Source: an uncultured Acidobacteriota bacterium
GTDB taxonomy: Bacteria > Acidobacteriota > Vicinamibacteria > Vicinamibacterales > UBA2999
Assembly: GCA_963723005.1 (NCBI GenBank)
Contig: CAVRPA010000006.1
Span: forward strand, 81,280 to 145,279
Reading direction: 5' to 3'
Length of the DNA stretch: 64,000 nucleotides
Below the pieces are notes generated by a model. It worked only from the letters and a program-made list of their open reading frames with translations. It made no database searches and was not told the origin of the DNA. Each line of letters opens with the position of its first letter. Position 1 is the first letter of the stretch. Positions 32,122-41,868 of the stretch are shown in pieces. The translations under genes were made by a program, and so were the position numbers.

Positions 32122-32697
32122 TCAGGCGCGGCCGGCGAACTCCCGGGTCTCCGTGTGCACCTTCACTTTTTCGCCCTCCTTGATGAAGAGCGGCACCCGG
32201 ATCTCGAGGCCGGTCTCGAGCACGGCCGGCTTGGTCACGTTGCCGCTGGCGGTGTCGCCGCGGACACCGGGCTCGGTGGTGGTGACGACCAGCTCGACCA
32301 GCGGCGGCAGCTGCATGCCGATCGGACGGCCGTTGAACTTCTGCAGCTGCACCACCAGGTTGTCGGAGAGCATCAGCCGGTCGTCGCCGAGGATGTCGGC
32401 GCCGAGCGTCATGGTCTCGAAGTTCGCCTGGTCCATGAAGTGATAGTCGTCGCCGTCGTTGTAGAGGTAGGAGGCCGGCAGGAAGTCGAGATCGGGCTCC
32501 TTGAACTTCTCGCCCGCCTTGAAGGTCTTGTCGAACACCGCGCGCGTCAGCAGGTTGCGCATCTTCAGGCGGACCAGGGTCTGCCCGCCGCGGGCCGTCG
32601 GCTTCGACACCTCGACGTCGAGGCAGTGGTACGGCGCGTCCTCGAACTCGAAGTACATCTTCCGCTTGATCTCGATTGCTTCCAGCAGTCCCGCCAT
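32122..32697 (-). CDS. Elongation factor P-like protein (EfpL/YeiP-type loop)
   Basis: EF-P fold: 'YLYNDG..YHFMD..FE', 'PGVRGDTA..KPAVLETGLEIRVPLFIKEGE'; tip loop is 'PTARG', not 'PGKG'. Confidence 0.9.
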   Translation of the reverse strand: MAGLLEAIEIKRKMYFEFEDAPYHCLDVEVSKPTARGGQTLVRLKMRNLLTRAVFDKTFKAGEKFKEPDLDFLPASYLYNDGDDYHFMDQANFETMTLGADILGDDRLMLSDNLVVQLQKFNGRPIGMQLPPLVELVVTTTEPGVRGDTASGNVTKPAVLETGLEIRVPLFIKEGEKVKVHTETREFAGRA

Positions 32698-32804
32698 GGC
32701 GCTCCCATTCCTCAGACCCGCCCCGGCGGCGAATCGCACCCGCCATGGTAGCAGGTCGCCAGCCCATTACGGTATTCACGGTAGTCGTTACGTATAATGC
32801 CGTA

Positions 32805-33971
32805 ATGGGACAGGAGAACCCGTTCGTCTACGGCGAGATCGTCACCGCCGCGGCCTTCGCGGATCGCGACGTGGAGCGCGAGCGTCTGGCGCAGGACCTG
32901 GCCGAGGGCCAGAAGGTGTTCCTGATCTCGCCGCGCCGCTACGGCAAGTCGTCGCTCATCCGTGACGTGATGCGCGGCCTGGCGCGGCAGAAGGTGCTCA
33001 CGGTCGAGGTCACGGTGGCCGCGTCCAGCTCGTACGTCGGCTTCCTCGAGGCCTACGCCCGCGCCCTGCTCACCGCCGAGACGCCGGTCGGACGGCTCCG
33101 CCGCTGGGCCATGGACCTGATGCAGGGCGTGCGGCCCGAGGTGCGCATCGACGGTCCCTCGGGCGGTCCGGGCGTCTCCTCCACCGGCAGGGTCACGGTG
33201 GCGTTCCCCGCGGTGCGAACGGCCCGCGACACCGCGCGCCTTGCCGCGGAAGTGTTCGCGCTGCCGGGCCGCATCGCCGCGGCCAGGAAGCAGCGCCTGG
33301 CCGTGGCGCTCGACGAGTTCCAGGCGGTCGCGGCGTTCGACGGCGGCAACGTCGAACACGCCTTGCGCGCCGCGGTGCAGGACCAGCGCAGTGTCGGCTA
33401 CGTGTTCGCCGGTTCCGAGCCGTCGCTGATGGAGCGCATGCTCGAGCCGCGCCGCCCGTTCTACAAGGCCGGCCCCGTGGTCAGGCTGGAGAAGATTGAC
33501 GAAGACCTCTTCGCGAACTTCATCGACTCGCGCTTCACGGCGACCGGACTCAAACCGGAGGAGGGCCTCGGCGCGGCGATCGTGGATCTGGCGGCCAACG
33601 TGCCGTACGACGTGCAGCGGCTGGCTCACGAGACTTGGGATGACGTGCGGGTCTCCGGCCGCAAGAGCGCGGGACTGGACGATCTGCACGCCACGCTGAC
33701 GCGGCTGCTGGGCGAGCAGCGCACGTCGTTCGAGGAGTCGTGGCAACGGCTCACGCTGGCGCAGCGAGCGGTGCTGCGCGCCCTGGTGCTCGAGAGCGGT
33801 CGCGAGCTGCTGTCTGGGGACGTGCGCACGCGTCATCGCTTGCCGGGGACGTCGAGCGTGCAGTCGTCACTGGCCGCGCTGGTCCGCCAGGATGTGGTGA
33901 TGCGGCACGACAACCGCTACGTGGTCAGCGATTCGTTGTTCCGGGAGTGGGTGGCGCGCAAGACCTTCTAA
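32805..33971 (+). CDS. AAA+ ATPase (archaeal-ATPase type) with C-terminal winged helix
   Basis: 'NPFVYG', Walker A 'SPRRYGKSS', Walker B 'ALDEFQ'. Confidence 0.88.
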   Translation: MGQENPFVYGEIVTAAAFADRDVERERLAQDLAEGQKVFLISPRRYGKSSLIRDVMRGLARQKVLTVEVTVAASSSYVGFLEAYARALLTAETPVGRLRRWAMDLMQGVRPEVRIDGPSGGPGVSSTGRVTVAFPAVRTARDTARLAAEVFALPGRIAAARKQRLAVALDEFQAVAAFDGGNVEHALRAAVQDQRSVGYVFAGSEPSLMERMLEPRRPFYKAGPVVRLEKIDEDLFANFIDSRFTATGLKPEEGLGAAIVDLAANVPYDVQRLAHETWDDVRVSGRKSAGLDDLHATLTRLLGEQRTSFEESWQRLTLAQRAVLRALVLESGRELLSGDVRTRHRLPGTSSVQSSLAALVRQDVVMRHDNRYVVSDSLFREWVARKTF

Positions 33972-33992
33972 GGCTTTACGCGCCACCATCGC

Positions 33993-34827
33993 TCAGCGTG
34001 TGCGTTCGAGCGGCACCTCGGTGTCGAAGCGCACGCGCAGCACGGTGCCGACCGGCAGGTCCACGTCCTTGCCTTCGGTGGCGACCAGCACGCCGCTGCC
34101 ACCGATCAGGATGCCGGCGATGGCGCCCTTCGCCCCGCCGAGGATGCCGCCGATAATCGCGCCGACACCAGCGCCGGCGCCGATGCGTCCGGCTTCGCCC
34201 TTCAGCCCGGCGCTTTCGAGCGCCTTCGTCACCGACACCTGCACGTCGTGCGAGCGCCCGTCGACCGAGAGCCGCGTGAACTTCAGCGCTACGCTGCCCT
34301 TGCGATCGGTGCGCGACGCCGAGTCAACCGCGGCCACGTAGCCGGTCAACAGCGATCCGGCCGGTACCAGCAGGTCGTCGCCCTGATAGAGGTCCACCAT
34401 GGTCGTGGCCTCGACCCGGTCCTCCACACTGCGCCCGCCCGGAGTTCAACGGCGTTTGCAGCCGGACGTCGAGCTCGGTCGAGACGGGAATCGCTCTCCG
34501 CCCAGACGTGCTGGTGGTGAGGCTGCGCCCGTTGGCGCGCGCCAGGAAACGATCGATCCGCTCGGTGAGCTCCTTGGTCTCGCGGTCGGTGATGCGCTCA
34601 CCACGGCGGCTCTTCACCCGCAGATAGGTGAGATCGTCGCGCATGTCGCTCAACTCGCGTTCCAAACTCGTCCGTTCCGAGGCGGTCACCGAGTTTTCGA
34701 CTCTCGAGTAGGCCGCCTGGGCATCGTCGAGTCGCTGCTCGAGGCTGACGAGATCGTCGCTCGGTTGAGCCAGCGCAACGGTGCTGACGAGAAAAAGTGT
34801 CCCCACGAGTGTCCAGGCTCGGTGCAT
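33993..34827 (-). CDS. Secreted protein with glycine-zipper/TrbI-like beta domain; frameshift near 34430
   Basis: Signal peptide and coiled coil, then 'ELDVRLQTPL', 'IGAGAGVGAIIGGILGG.KGA', 'GKDVDLPVGT.LRVR'. Confidence 0.7.
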
Positions 34828-34869
34828 TTCGCCCTCCTTGGCTTCGATTACGGTCTCGCGGGCTACTAC

Positions 34870-34885
34870 AGCAAGTGACATGCCC
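34870..34885 (-). promoter_or_regulatory. Sigma54 (-24/-12)-like promoter
   Basis: Minus strand GGGCATG-TCAC-TTGCT, about 45 bp upstream of the 34827 start. Confidence 0.6.
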
Positions 34886-34924
34886 ACGCTGGAGGGCGGT
34901 ACAATTCATGCGAGAGCACACTGC

Positions 34925-36349
34925 ATGAACCGACTACCTCGACCGTTGGACCGGACTCGCTTCGCCATCAAGGTGGCGGCACTGGTGGCATGCACGGCCG
35001 TGGTTGGCGCTCAGACGCGCATCACGCCGCCCAAAAACAAATACACGCCTCAGCAGGATGTGGAGATCGGGCGGGAAGCCGCGGCAGAGGTGCGCCGTGA
35101 GTATCCGATTATCGACGATCGGCAGATCGATTCTTATCTCGACGGTTTGGGCCGCCGGCTGGTGGCAGCCGCTCCTGCCGAGCTCAAGCAAGAGGTATTC
35201 GAGTACTCATTCACGCCCGTGAACCTGAAGGACATCAATGCCTTCGCGCTTCCCGGCGGGCCGATGTTCGTCAATCGCGGGATGTTCGCCGCCGCGACGA
35301 CCGAAGGCGAGGTCGTGGGCGTCATGGCGCACGAGCTCAGTCACGTGCTGCTGCGGCATGGCACCGCGAACGCCACCAAGGCACAAGGCTTCCAGCTCGG
35401 CGCGCTCGCCGGCGCCATTGCCGGCGCGGTGATCGGCGGCGGAGTTGGCGAGATCATCTCCCAGGGTTCGCAGTTCGGTCTCGGCACCTGGCTGCTGAAA
35501 TACAGCCGCGAGTACGAGAAGCAGGCCGACCTGCTGGGTGCGCAGATCATGGCGCGCGCGGGATACGACCCTCGCGACCTGGGCCGCATGTTCGAGACCA
35601 TCGCGAAGCAGGGAAATGGCGCGCCGCCGCAGTGGCTGAGCAGCCATCCCAACCCCGGCAACCGAACGCAGTACATCGCCGACGAAGCCAGCAAGCTGCA
35701 GATTGGCCCGCGTCCCAGCCAGGCCGGCTTCGCATCGACGAAAAGCCGCTTCGACACGTTACCGCCCGCGAAGTCGATGGCTGACGTCGAGCGGGGTGGC
35801 GGAGGGAGCGGAGGCGGCCGGGAAGGCGAGGCCCCGGCCTCGGTGGGCACCGTTGGCGAACCCGTGCCTCCGCCCGCGCGGCAGTACCGCACGGCGCGCG
35901 GTGGTGATCTGTTCCAGGTGAGCGTGCCCACGAACTGGACGGCGGTCTCGTCGAACAACTCCGTGAAGTTCGTGCCGCAGAACGGCTATGGCTCCGCGCG
36001 TGGTCAGACGGTGCTGACGCACGGGGTCGAACTGGGCGTGGCCCGCGCCACGTCACGCGACTTGAGGGAGGCCACCGACTCGCTGGTGCGCGCCTTCGTC
36101 CAGAGCAATCCCGACATGCGTCAGGTCGGGGAATCTGTGGCGGTGAGGATTTCGAATCGCAGCGCGATCGGCACGCCGCTGGTCGGCCGATCGGCCCTTG
36201 GCGGCAGCGAGCGCGTCGGGGTGTACACCACCCTGCTCGCGGACGGCAACCTCTTCTACTACTTGACCGTCGTCCCCGAGGGCGATGCGCCGACGTATGC
36301 CACGGTCTTCGATCGCGTCGGGCAATCGATTCGATTGACCGACCGCTAG
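34925..36349 (+). CDS. M48 family metalloprotease
   Basis: 'INAFALPGG', 'HELSH', 'YSREYEKQAD', 'SSHP'. Confidence 0.92.
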   Translation: MNRLPRPLDRTRFAIKVAALVACTAVVGAQTRITPPKNKYTPQQDVEIGREAAAEVRREYPIIDDRQIDSYLDGLGRRLVAAAPAELKQEVFEYSFTPVNLKDINAFALPGGPMFVNRGMFAAATTEGEVVGVMAHELSHVLLRHGTANATKAQGFQLGALAGAIAGAVIGGGVGEIISQGSQFGLGTWLLKYSREYEKQADLLGAQIMARAGYDPRDLGRMFETIAKQGNGAPPQWLSSHPNPGNRTQYIADEASKLQIGPRPSQAGFASTKSRFDTLPPAKSMADVERGGGGSGGGREGEAPASVGTVGEPVPPPARQYRTARGGDLFQVSVPTNWTAVSSNNSVKFVPQNGYGSARGQTVLTHGVELGVARATSRDLREATDSLVRAFVQSNPDMRQVGESVAVRISNRSAIGTPLVGRSALGGSERVGVYTTLLADGNLFYYLTVVPEGDAPTYATVFDRVGQSIRLTDR

Positions 36350-36454
36350 CACGACGATGGGGTACCGGTGAAGACGGCCAACCCCCGGCCGTGAAGCCAG
36401 GGGCTGGAGAGACCGGGGGGAGCCGGGGGGAGCCCGACGGAATTCCAGACGGCG

Positions 36455-36815
36455 TCAGTCGGCGCCGAGTGCCTGCAGTGCGCGCGCGAGGCGGGCCCTC
36501 ATTTGAGTCGTCCATGTCGATGAAACGAACGGCAAACCCGAACCCGGGCCGGCGATAGAGCGTCTTTGCCTTCAGCTCCAGCGTGCCCTCGCCGGGCAAC
36601 TGAACCTCCAGCATGACGATGACGCCGGGCACCTGCTCGTGCATGGCGTTCACGAAACAGCCGCCAAGGCTGATGTCGTAGATGCGGACGGGGGTGTGAA
36701 GGACACCGACGCGCCAGGCGTCGAAGGGACCGGGGATGCGATCGGACTCGCGGCGGTTGGTGGCCGCCAGCCCGATCGCCCCGTTGAAGCCGCTGGTCTG
36801 CTGTTCGCTAATCAT
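36455..36815 (-). CDS. PilZ domain protein; frameshift near 36500
   Basis: 'RRESDR' and 'DISLGG' c-di-GMP motifs, 'GFAVRF'. Confidence 0.75.
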
Positions 36816-36915
36816 CGTCTGCCGTTCCCTCTGGAAGTGACAGACGGATACTACCGTAAAGTCAATCAGTCGTCAATAGTGTCATATAGAGTTCTTCAAA
36901 TGACCTCTTTCAGGC

Positions 36916-37737
36916 CTACTTCTTGGTAGCGGTCCAGGCACCGGAGCCCCCGGACGTTCCCTTGATGGCGTTCCCGGAGACTGTCCCGGTGTAGCGGACG
37001 CCGCCCGCCGAGAACATCACCTGATCGCCACGGACGCGAGCGTCGGAGACCACCGCGCCGCCCAGCGTGCCGGAGAGCATCTGGAAGGCCTGGGTGAGCT
37101 TCAACTCACCTTGCGGCGTCTGCCACGACCCTTCGACCTTGGCGGGGACAATCCACAGCAGCGCCGTGCACCAGCTCTGGCAGCCCTCGGTGACATTCGA
37201 CGTCTCGTCGGCCACCCAGTCTTCCATCGTGAAGGAGTTCGCGACGATCCGTGTGCCGGGCTTCAGCTCGAGCAGCTTTGGCCGGAGCTTCATGTTGATG
37301 GAAGGGAGCAGGAACATCGTGATGACCTGAGCCTTCGAGAGGTCGGTCTCGAACAAGTCGGCCTTCTCGAACGTGGCCCGATCGCTCACCTTGGCCTCGG
37401 CCGCGGCGCGCTTTGCCAGTTCGACCATGTCCGGGTTGTATTCAATGCCCAGGGCACGAGCGCCGCGCTTCGCGGCGGTGATGACCGTGCGGCCGTCGCC
37501 CGAACCGAGGTCCATGAGGAAGTCCTGCGGGGTGAGCTTCGCCATGTCGAGCATCTTGTCGACGAGGGCCTGAGGCGTAGGCACCCACACGACGTCCTTC
37601 CCGGCCTGTCCGACCTGCGGCTCGAAAGGCTTGGCCGGTGCCTGGGTCTGGGCGTGCGCGATGGAGGCAACGGACAGGCACAGGAGAAAGAGCGAGGTTC
37701 GGAACGCCGGATGCTGAGTCATGGTTGATCTCTCCAA
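36916..37737 (-). CDS. Class I SAM-dependent methyltransferase with signal peptide
   Basis: 'DVVWVPTP', 'DLGSGDGR', 'GIEYN', 'LKPGTRIV'. Confidence 0.88.
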   Translation of the reverse strand: MERSTMTQHPAFRTSLFLLCLSVASIAHAQTQAPAKPFEPQVGQAGKDVVWVPTPQALVDKMLDMAKLTPQDFLMDLGSGDGRTVITAAKRGARALGIEYNPDMVELAKRAAAEAKVSDRATFEKADLFETDLSKAQVITMFLLPSINMKLRPKLLELKPGTRIVANSFTMEDWVADETSNVTEGCQSWCTALLWIVPAKVEGSWQTPQGELKLTQAFQMLSGTLGGAVVSDARVRGDQVMFSAGGVRYTGTVSGNAIKGTSGGSGAWTATKK

Positions 37738-38990
37738 GGGTCATTGCGGCTCTGCCGCAGACGATAGAGCGAGCTGTCGCTGCGCATGATAATAGCGTCG
37801 TCGGCAACGGCCATCGACGCAAGCAGTGAGCCGTCGAGGGTATTTCGCGCCACGCGCCGATACTCCCGGCCCGGCTGTATGACCGTGGTCACCCCCTGTT
37901 CCGACGGGAAGAACAAGTAGCCTGCCGCCAGGACTGGTGATGCCGAATAGGTGCCACCCAACCTTTGCTGCCACAGGGTCGCACCGGTGGCCGCATCCAC
38001 GCAACTGGCAATACCGCCGTCACTGACGAAGTAGATCTCGGCGCCCACCGCGATCGGCGATGGCGTGAGCGGCGCACCGCGACTCAGCTGCCATGCCACG
38101 TGCGTCTTCGTCACGTCGCCCGTCCCATCGGGCCGTACCGCCAGCAGCGATGGCTGCTGGAACCCGGTCGCGATCAGCACGAGGCCGTTGGTGAACACCG
38201 GGCGCGGCACGTTGGAAAAGCCGTCCCCGTACGACACCCGCCAGATCTCGCGGCCGGTGGCCGGCTCGTAGGCCGCGGCGCGGAACGCGCCCACGCTGAC
38301 GATCTGTTCGCGTTCGCCAACGCGGATGACGAGCGGTGTGGAATACGCCTGATCGAAAGGCACTCGCCGGTCGCGCCGCCACTTCACCTTCCCGGTCGCG
38401 GCGTCGAGCGCGATGACCGCGGCGTTGTCGCTGCCGTCGGCGTTGAAGATCAGCAAGCCGCCATGCAGCACCGGCGAGCCGCCGCCACCGTGCTGGGACT
38501 GATACGGGAAGCGGGATTTCCAGATCAGCTGACCACTGGTGCCGAGCGCCGCGGTTCCTTCGGCGCCGAAGTGCACGAAGACGCGATCGCCCTCGACGAT
38601 CGGCGTCGGGGACGCCCAGCTGTTCTTCGGGTTGATCTCGTTCGCCGAGTGGACGGTGAACACCACCACGTTCACCAGCTCGCGCCCGCTGGACTCGTCG
38701 TATCCGAGCAGACGCAGCGACACGTCGCCCTTCCGCGAATCGTCTTCGATGGCCGTCGTCAGCCACACCCGGCCGTCGGCCACGACCGGCGACGACCAGC
38801 CCAACCCCGGCACGGGCACCTTCCACGCGACGTTGCTGGTCTCGCTCCACTCGAGGGGCAGAGCCGCGGCGATCGCTTCACCCTGCCCGCCTGGACCACG
38901 AAACTGCGGCCACTGCTCCGCGGTGAGGCCGGTGCCGAGCAGCAGCACGGACGCACCAGCGGCGACGACTGCAAGGGACACGCGCGTCAT
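37719..38990 (-). CDS. PQQ-like beta-propeller (BamB-like) secreted protein
   Basis: 'WPQFRGP', repeated 'SSP/STP' and 'D..TG...W' blades. Confidence 0.9.
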   Translation of the reverse strand: MTRVSLAVVAAGASVLLLGTGLTAEQWPQFRGPGGQGEAIAAALPLEWSETSNVAWKVPVPGLGWSSPVVADGRVWLTTAIEDDSRKGDVSLRLLGYDESSGRELVNVVVFTVHSANEINPKNSWASPTPIVEGDRVFVHFGAEGTAALGTSGQLIWKSRFPYQSQHGGGGSPVLHGGLLIFNADGSDNAAVIALDAATGKVKWRRDRRVPFDQAYSTPLVIRVGEREQIVSVGAFRAAAYEPATGREIWRVSYGDGFSNVPRPVFTNGLVLIATGFQQPSLLAVRPDGTGDVTKTHVAWQLSRGAPLTPSPIAVGAEIYFVSDGGIASCVDAATGATLWQQRLGGTYSASPVLAAGYLFFPSEQGVTTVIQPGREYRRVARNTLDGSLLASMAVADDAIIMRSDSSLYRLRQSRNDPWRDQP

Positions 38991-39009
38991 CGGCTGGTGG
39001 CCCGGTCTT

Positions 39010-39486
39010 TCAGCGCGGCGTCAACACCGCGCTGCCTGCCAGCGCGGGAGCAAGCGCCGCCCACGCTTGTGCCTCTCCGGGCGCCGCCGGCCCCTTGCCG
39101 AAGACTTCGACGATCGTCGCCGCGACTGGGCCGATGTTGACGAAGGTGTGCTGAGCGCCGCCCTTCAAGTAGAGCGCCTCGCCCGGGTTCACCTCCACCG
39201 GGCTCTCGCCGTCGATGGTCAGACGCAGCTTGCCGGTGATCAGCACGAACACGTGGTACGTCGCATCGTTGTGTGAGTGCATGCGACGGGTCGCGGCCGG
39301 TTCCGCATAGTCGCGGAGAATCCGGAACTCCGGACGATCGAGCACCACCATCGACGAAATCCCGGGATCGCCCTGCACCGGACGCGCCTTCTCCGGCCCC
39401 GCGACCGCCTGCGCCCACGCCGTGGACGCCCCCAGTGCGCACATCAGGATCTGTGCGGCCGTCCACGCGCGAAAAGACGTGACCAT
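39010..39486 (-). CDS. Secreted cupin domain protein
   Basis: 'MHSH..HVFV..G..PGEALY..GGAQH..N'. Confidence 0.8.
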   Translation of the reverse strand: MVTSFRAWTAAQILMCALGASTAWAQAVAGPEKARPVQGDPGISSMVVLDRPEFRILRDYAEPAATRRMHSHNDATYHVFVLITGKLRLTIDGESPVEVNPGEALYLKGGAQHTFVNIGPVAATIVEVFGKGPAAPGEAQAWAALAPALAGSAVLTPR

Positions 39487-39581
39487 GTTTGCCCACTCCT
39501 TGTGCCGGCGGAACTCACCCCGGATGAGGTGAGGAGGGCCAGCCAGAGGAGCGATTGTAGATAAAATGCGCCGGAGGTCAC

Positions 39582-40518
39582 ATGGCTCAATTACTCGCGC
39601 GCGCCGCCGTCGTTGTCCTCCTTGCCGCCGGCGCCGTTCCCGCGGCCGCCCAGGACGTGAAACCGGTCCCCACCGCCGTGTGGGCCCCCAAGCCGCGACA
39701 ACTGGCGCCCTACACCGCACCGCAGCGGCCGTGGATCACACTGGCAGAGGTGAAGAAGGGCGCATGCCGGCCAGCCGAACTGGCGCGCGCTGCTCGTCGA
39801 CGATGGCCGGCTGATGGCGGAGTATGTGTCGGCGGCGCCGGGCACCACGGTGGGCCGCCGCTTCCACCCCGACACCCGGGAATGGTTCGCGGTGGTCGAG
39901 GGCGAAGTGCGCGTCGACATCGAGGGGCAGGCGCCATTCACGGCAACGCGCGGCTCGCTCGTCAACATTCCGCGGCAGACGCTCTACTCGGTGGAAACCA
40001 TCGGCACCTCACCCAGCCTGCGCTTCGTCGTCAACGTCGCGCACGCGAAGACGGTCTTCACCCAGGATGCCGCGCCGCCCACGCCGCCGGAGGGCAGTGA
40101 ATGGGTGCCGGCCACGATCAACCGCACGCCCGGCCGCTACGACGAGTTCAACAAGCCGCACCTGAACATCCACGAGGAAGCAGCGAAGAACGAGAAGTAC
40201 GCGGGCGGCCGCTTCGTGCGTGACGACAAGTCCGAGATGCTGGTGCTCTACGGCCACGAGAAGAACATGCCGCCGCTCGACCCCACCGACAAGGGGCACT
40301 TCCACGAAGAGAGCGCGGAGTTCTGGCTCGTGTTCACGGGGAAGATTCGCTACGCGTTCGAGGGGCAGGAGCCGTTCGTCGCGAGCGAAGGGGACGTGGT
40401 TTACGTCCCGGCCGGCACCTGGCACGCGACGCGTTACACCGGTCCGGATCCGTCCTGCCGGCTGTCAATCACCGAGTACGTAGGCAATACGCTGGTGCTG
40501 CCTCGCCGGACGCCGTAG
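39582..40518 (+). CDS. Secreted bicupin protein; frameshift near 39760
   Basis: 'FHPDTREWF.V.EG' and 'HFHEESAEFWLV..G..EGDVVYVPAGTWH'. Confidence 0.8.
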
Positions 40519-40527
40519 TCGCGGGCG

Positions 40528-41695
40528 TCAGCGCTTGACGACGACTTCGTTCGAGGCGGCGCCGACGCCCTGTGGGTTCACGGCGCGAACCCGCACGTAA
40601 TAGACACCGGGCGAGGCCGTCGTGCCGAAGGCGGTGGCCGCACCGACGTTCAGCGTGCCCACATCCCTCAGGCCTGGCGCCGAGCCGGCCTCGATGACAT
40701 AGCCCGAAACCTGGCCGGCCGGGGCCGACCACGTCAACGACACCGACGAACCCTCGCCCGACGCCGCCAGGTTCGAGGGAGCGGCCGGGACGTCCGCGGC
40801 CTTGACGACGACCTCGTTGGAGGGATCGGAGATGCCACCGGGTCTGATGCCACGAACGCGAACGAAGTAGGTTCCAGCGGGCACGGGCGTCGCGTAGCTC
40901 GTGGCGGCGCCGACATTGATGCTGGCGACATCGGTCATCCCGGTCGCGGAACCAGCCTCGATCACGTAGGCAGCCGGCATCAGACCAACCCCACGCGGCG
41001 CCGTCCACGTCAACACTGCGTTGGCGCCTTGCCAGGCCAGCGACAAGTTAGTCGGACCGTCGATCCGGAGCACGGAACCGGCCCGGAATGCGAGGTCGGG
41101 CGTCGGTGGTCCGACGCCGATCAAGTTGAGCGCCCGGACGCGGGCGAAGTACACGCCGGGTGGCAGCACACCGCTCGCGGAGTGAACCATCCCGACCGAA
41201 TAACCGTTGAGGACGTCGGCCGCGCCGGGCGCGGTGCCCACCGATACCAGGTACGCCAGCGGGCTTCCGCCACCCGACGGAGGGTTCCACTCCAGCGTCG
41301 TATGTTCCGCCGAGGTGTTGGCCCGGAGTGCCGTCGGCTGCCGCGGCGGAGCCGGTGAGATCGATCACCATCTCGGGCGAGGGCGGACCAAATCTACCGA
41401 GCGCGTCGTAAGCACGAACGACGACGTAATAAGCGCCGCCGTGCGGCAGATTGAGCTGCAGCCGGTTCTGCGTGCCGACGTTGAACTGGGCGACGTAGTT
41501 TCCCGAGCTCACGCCCGCCGAGACCACATACCCCAAAGTGTGCGGGTCGGCGTTCCGATCCCACTCCAGATTCACTCGCCTTTGGGCCTGCGCGGAGTTC
41601 GCGACCAGAAGCGTGATCAGCGCGACCGCGGCGGGAACGCGACACCGTCGCGCCCAGACTGCTTTCCGTCGTGCCTCGTTCTTGGCGAAATCCAT
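40528..41695 (-). CDS. Secreted fibronectin type III repeat protein (paralogue 1); frameshift near 41345
   Basis: 'WDRN.D..GY', 'YVIEAGSAPGL.D', 'YYVRVRAVN..G.ASNEV'. Confidence 0.85.
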
Positions 41696-41714
41696 CCGAA
41701 GCCTCGTCCAGCTC

Positions 41715-41730
41715 TGCTTGATTCGAGCCA
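41715..41730 (-). promoter_or_regulatory. Sigma54-like motif upstream of Fn3 paralogue 1
   Basis: Minus strand TGGCTCG-AATC-AAGCA (GG-N10-GC spacing). Confidence 0.45.
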
Positions 41731-41868
41731 GATTCGGGAAACTCGAGCGTACTCTTTCGAGCGACCTAACGGCGCTTGAGCCGGCTGAAAGCCGTCTACT
41801 GCAACGTCAGGCCGCCCGAAACCATATCAAGGTCGCGCCGAAAATGTAAGGGTGCCGAACCCTGCGTT

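Noticed and set aside
32805-33971. AAA ATPase as an anti-phage defence system
   Set aside because: No nuclease or effector domain, no defence neighbours, host-like codon usage.
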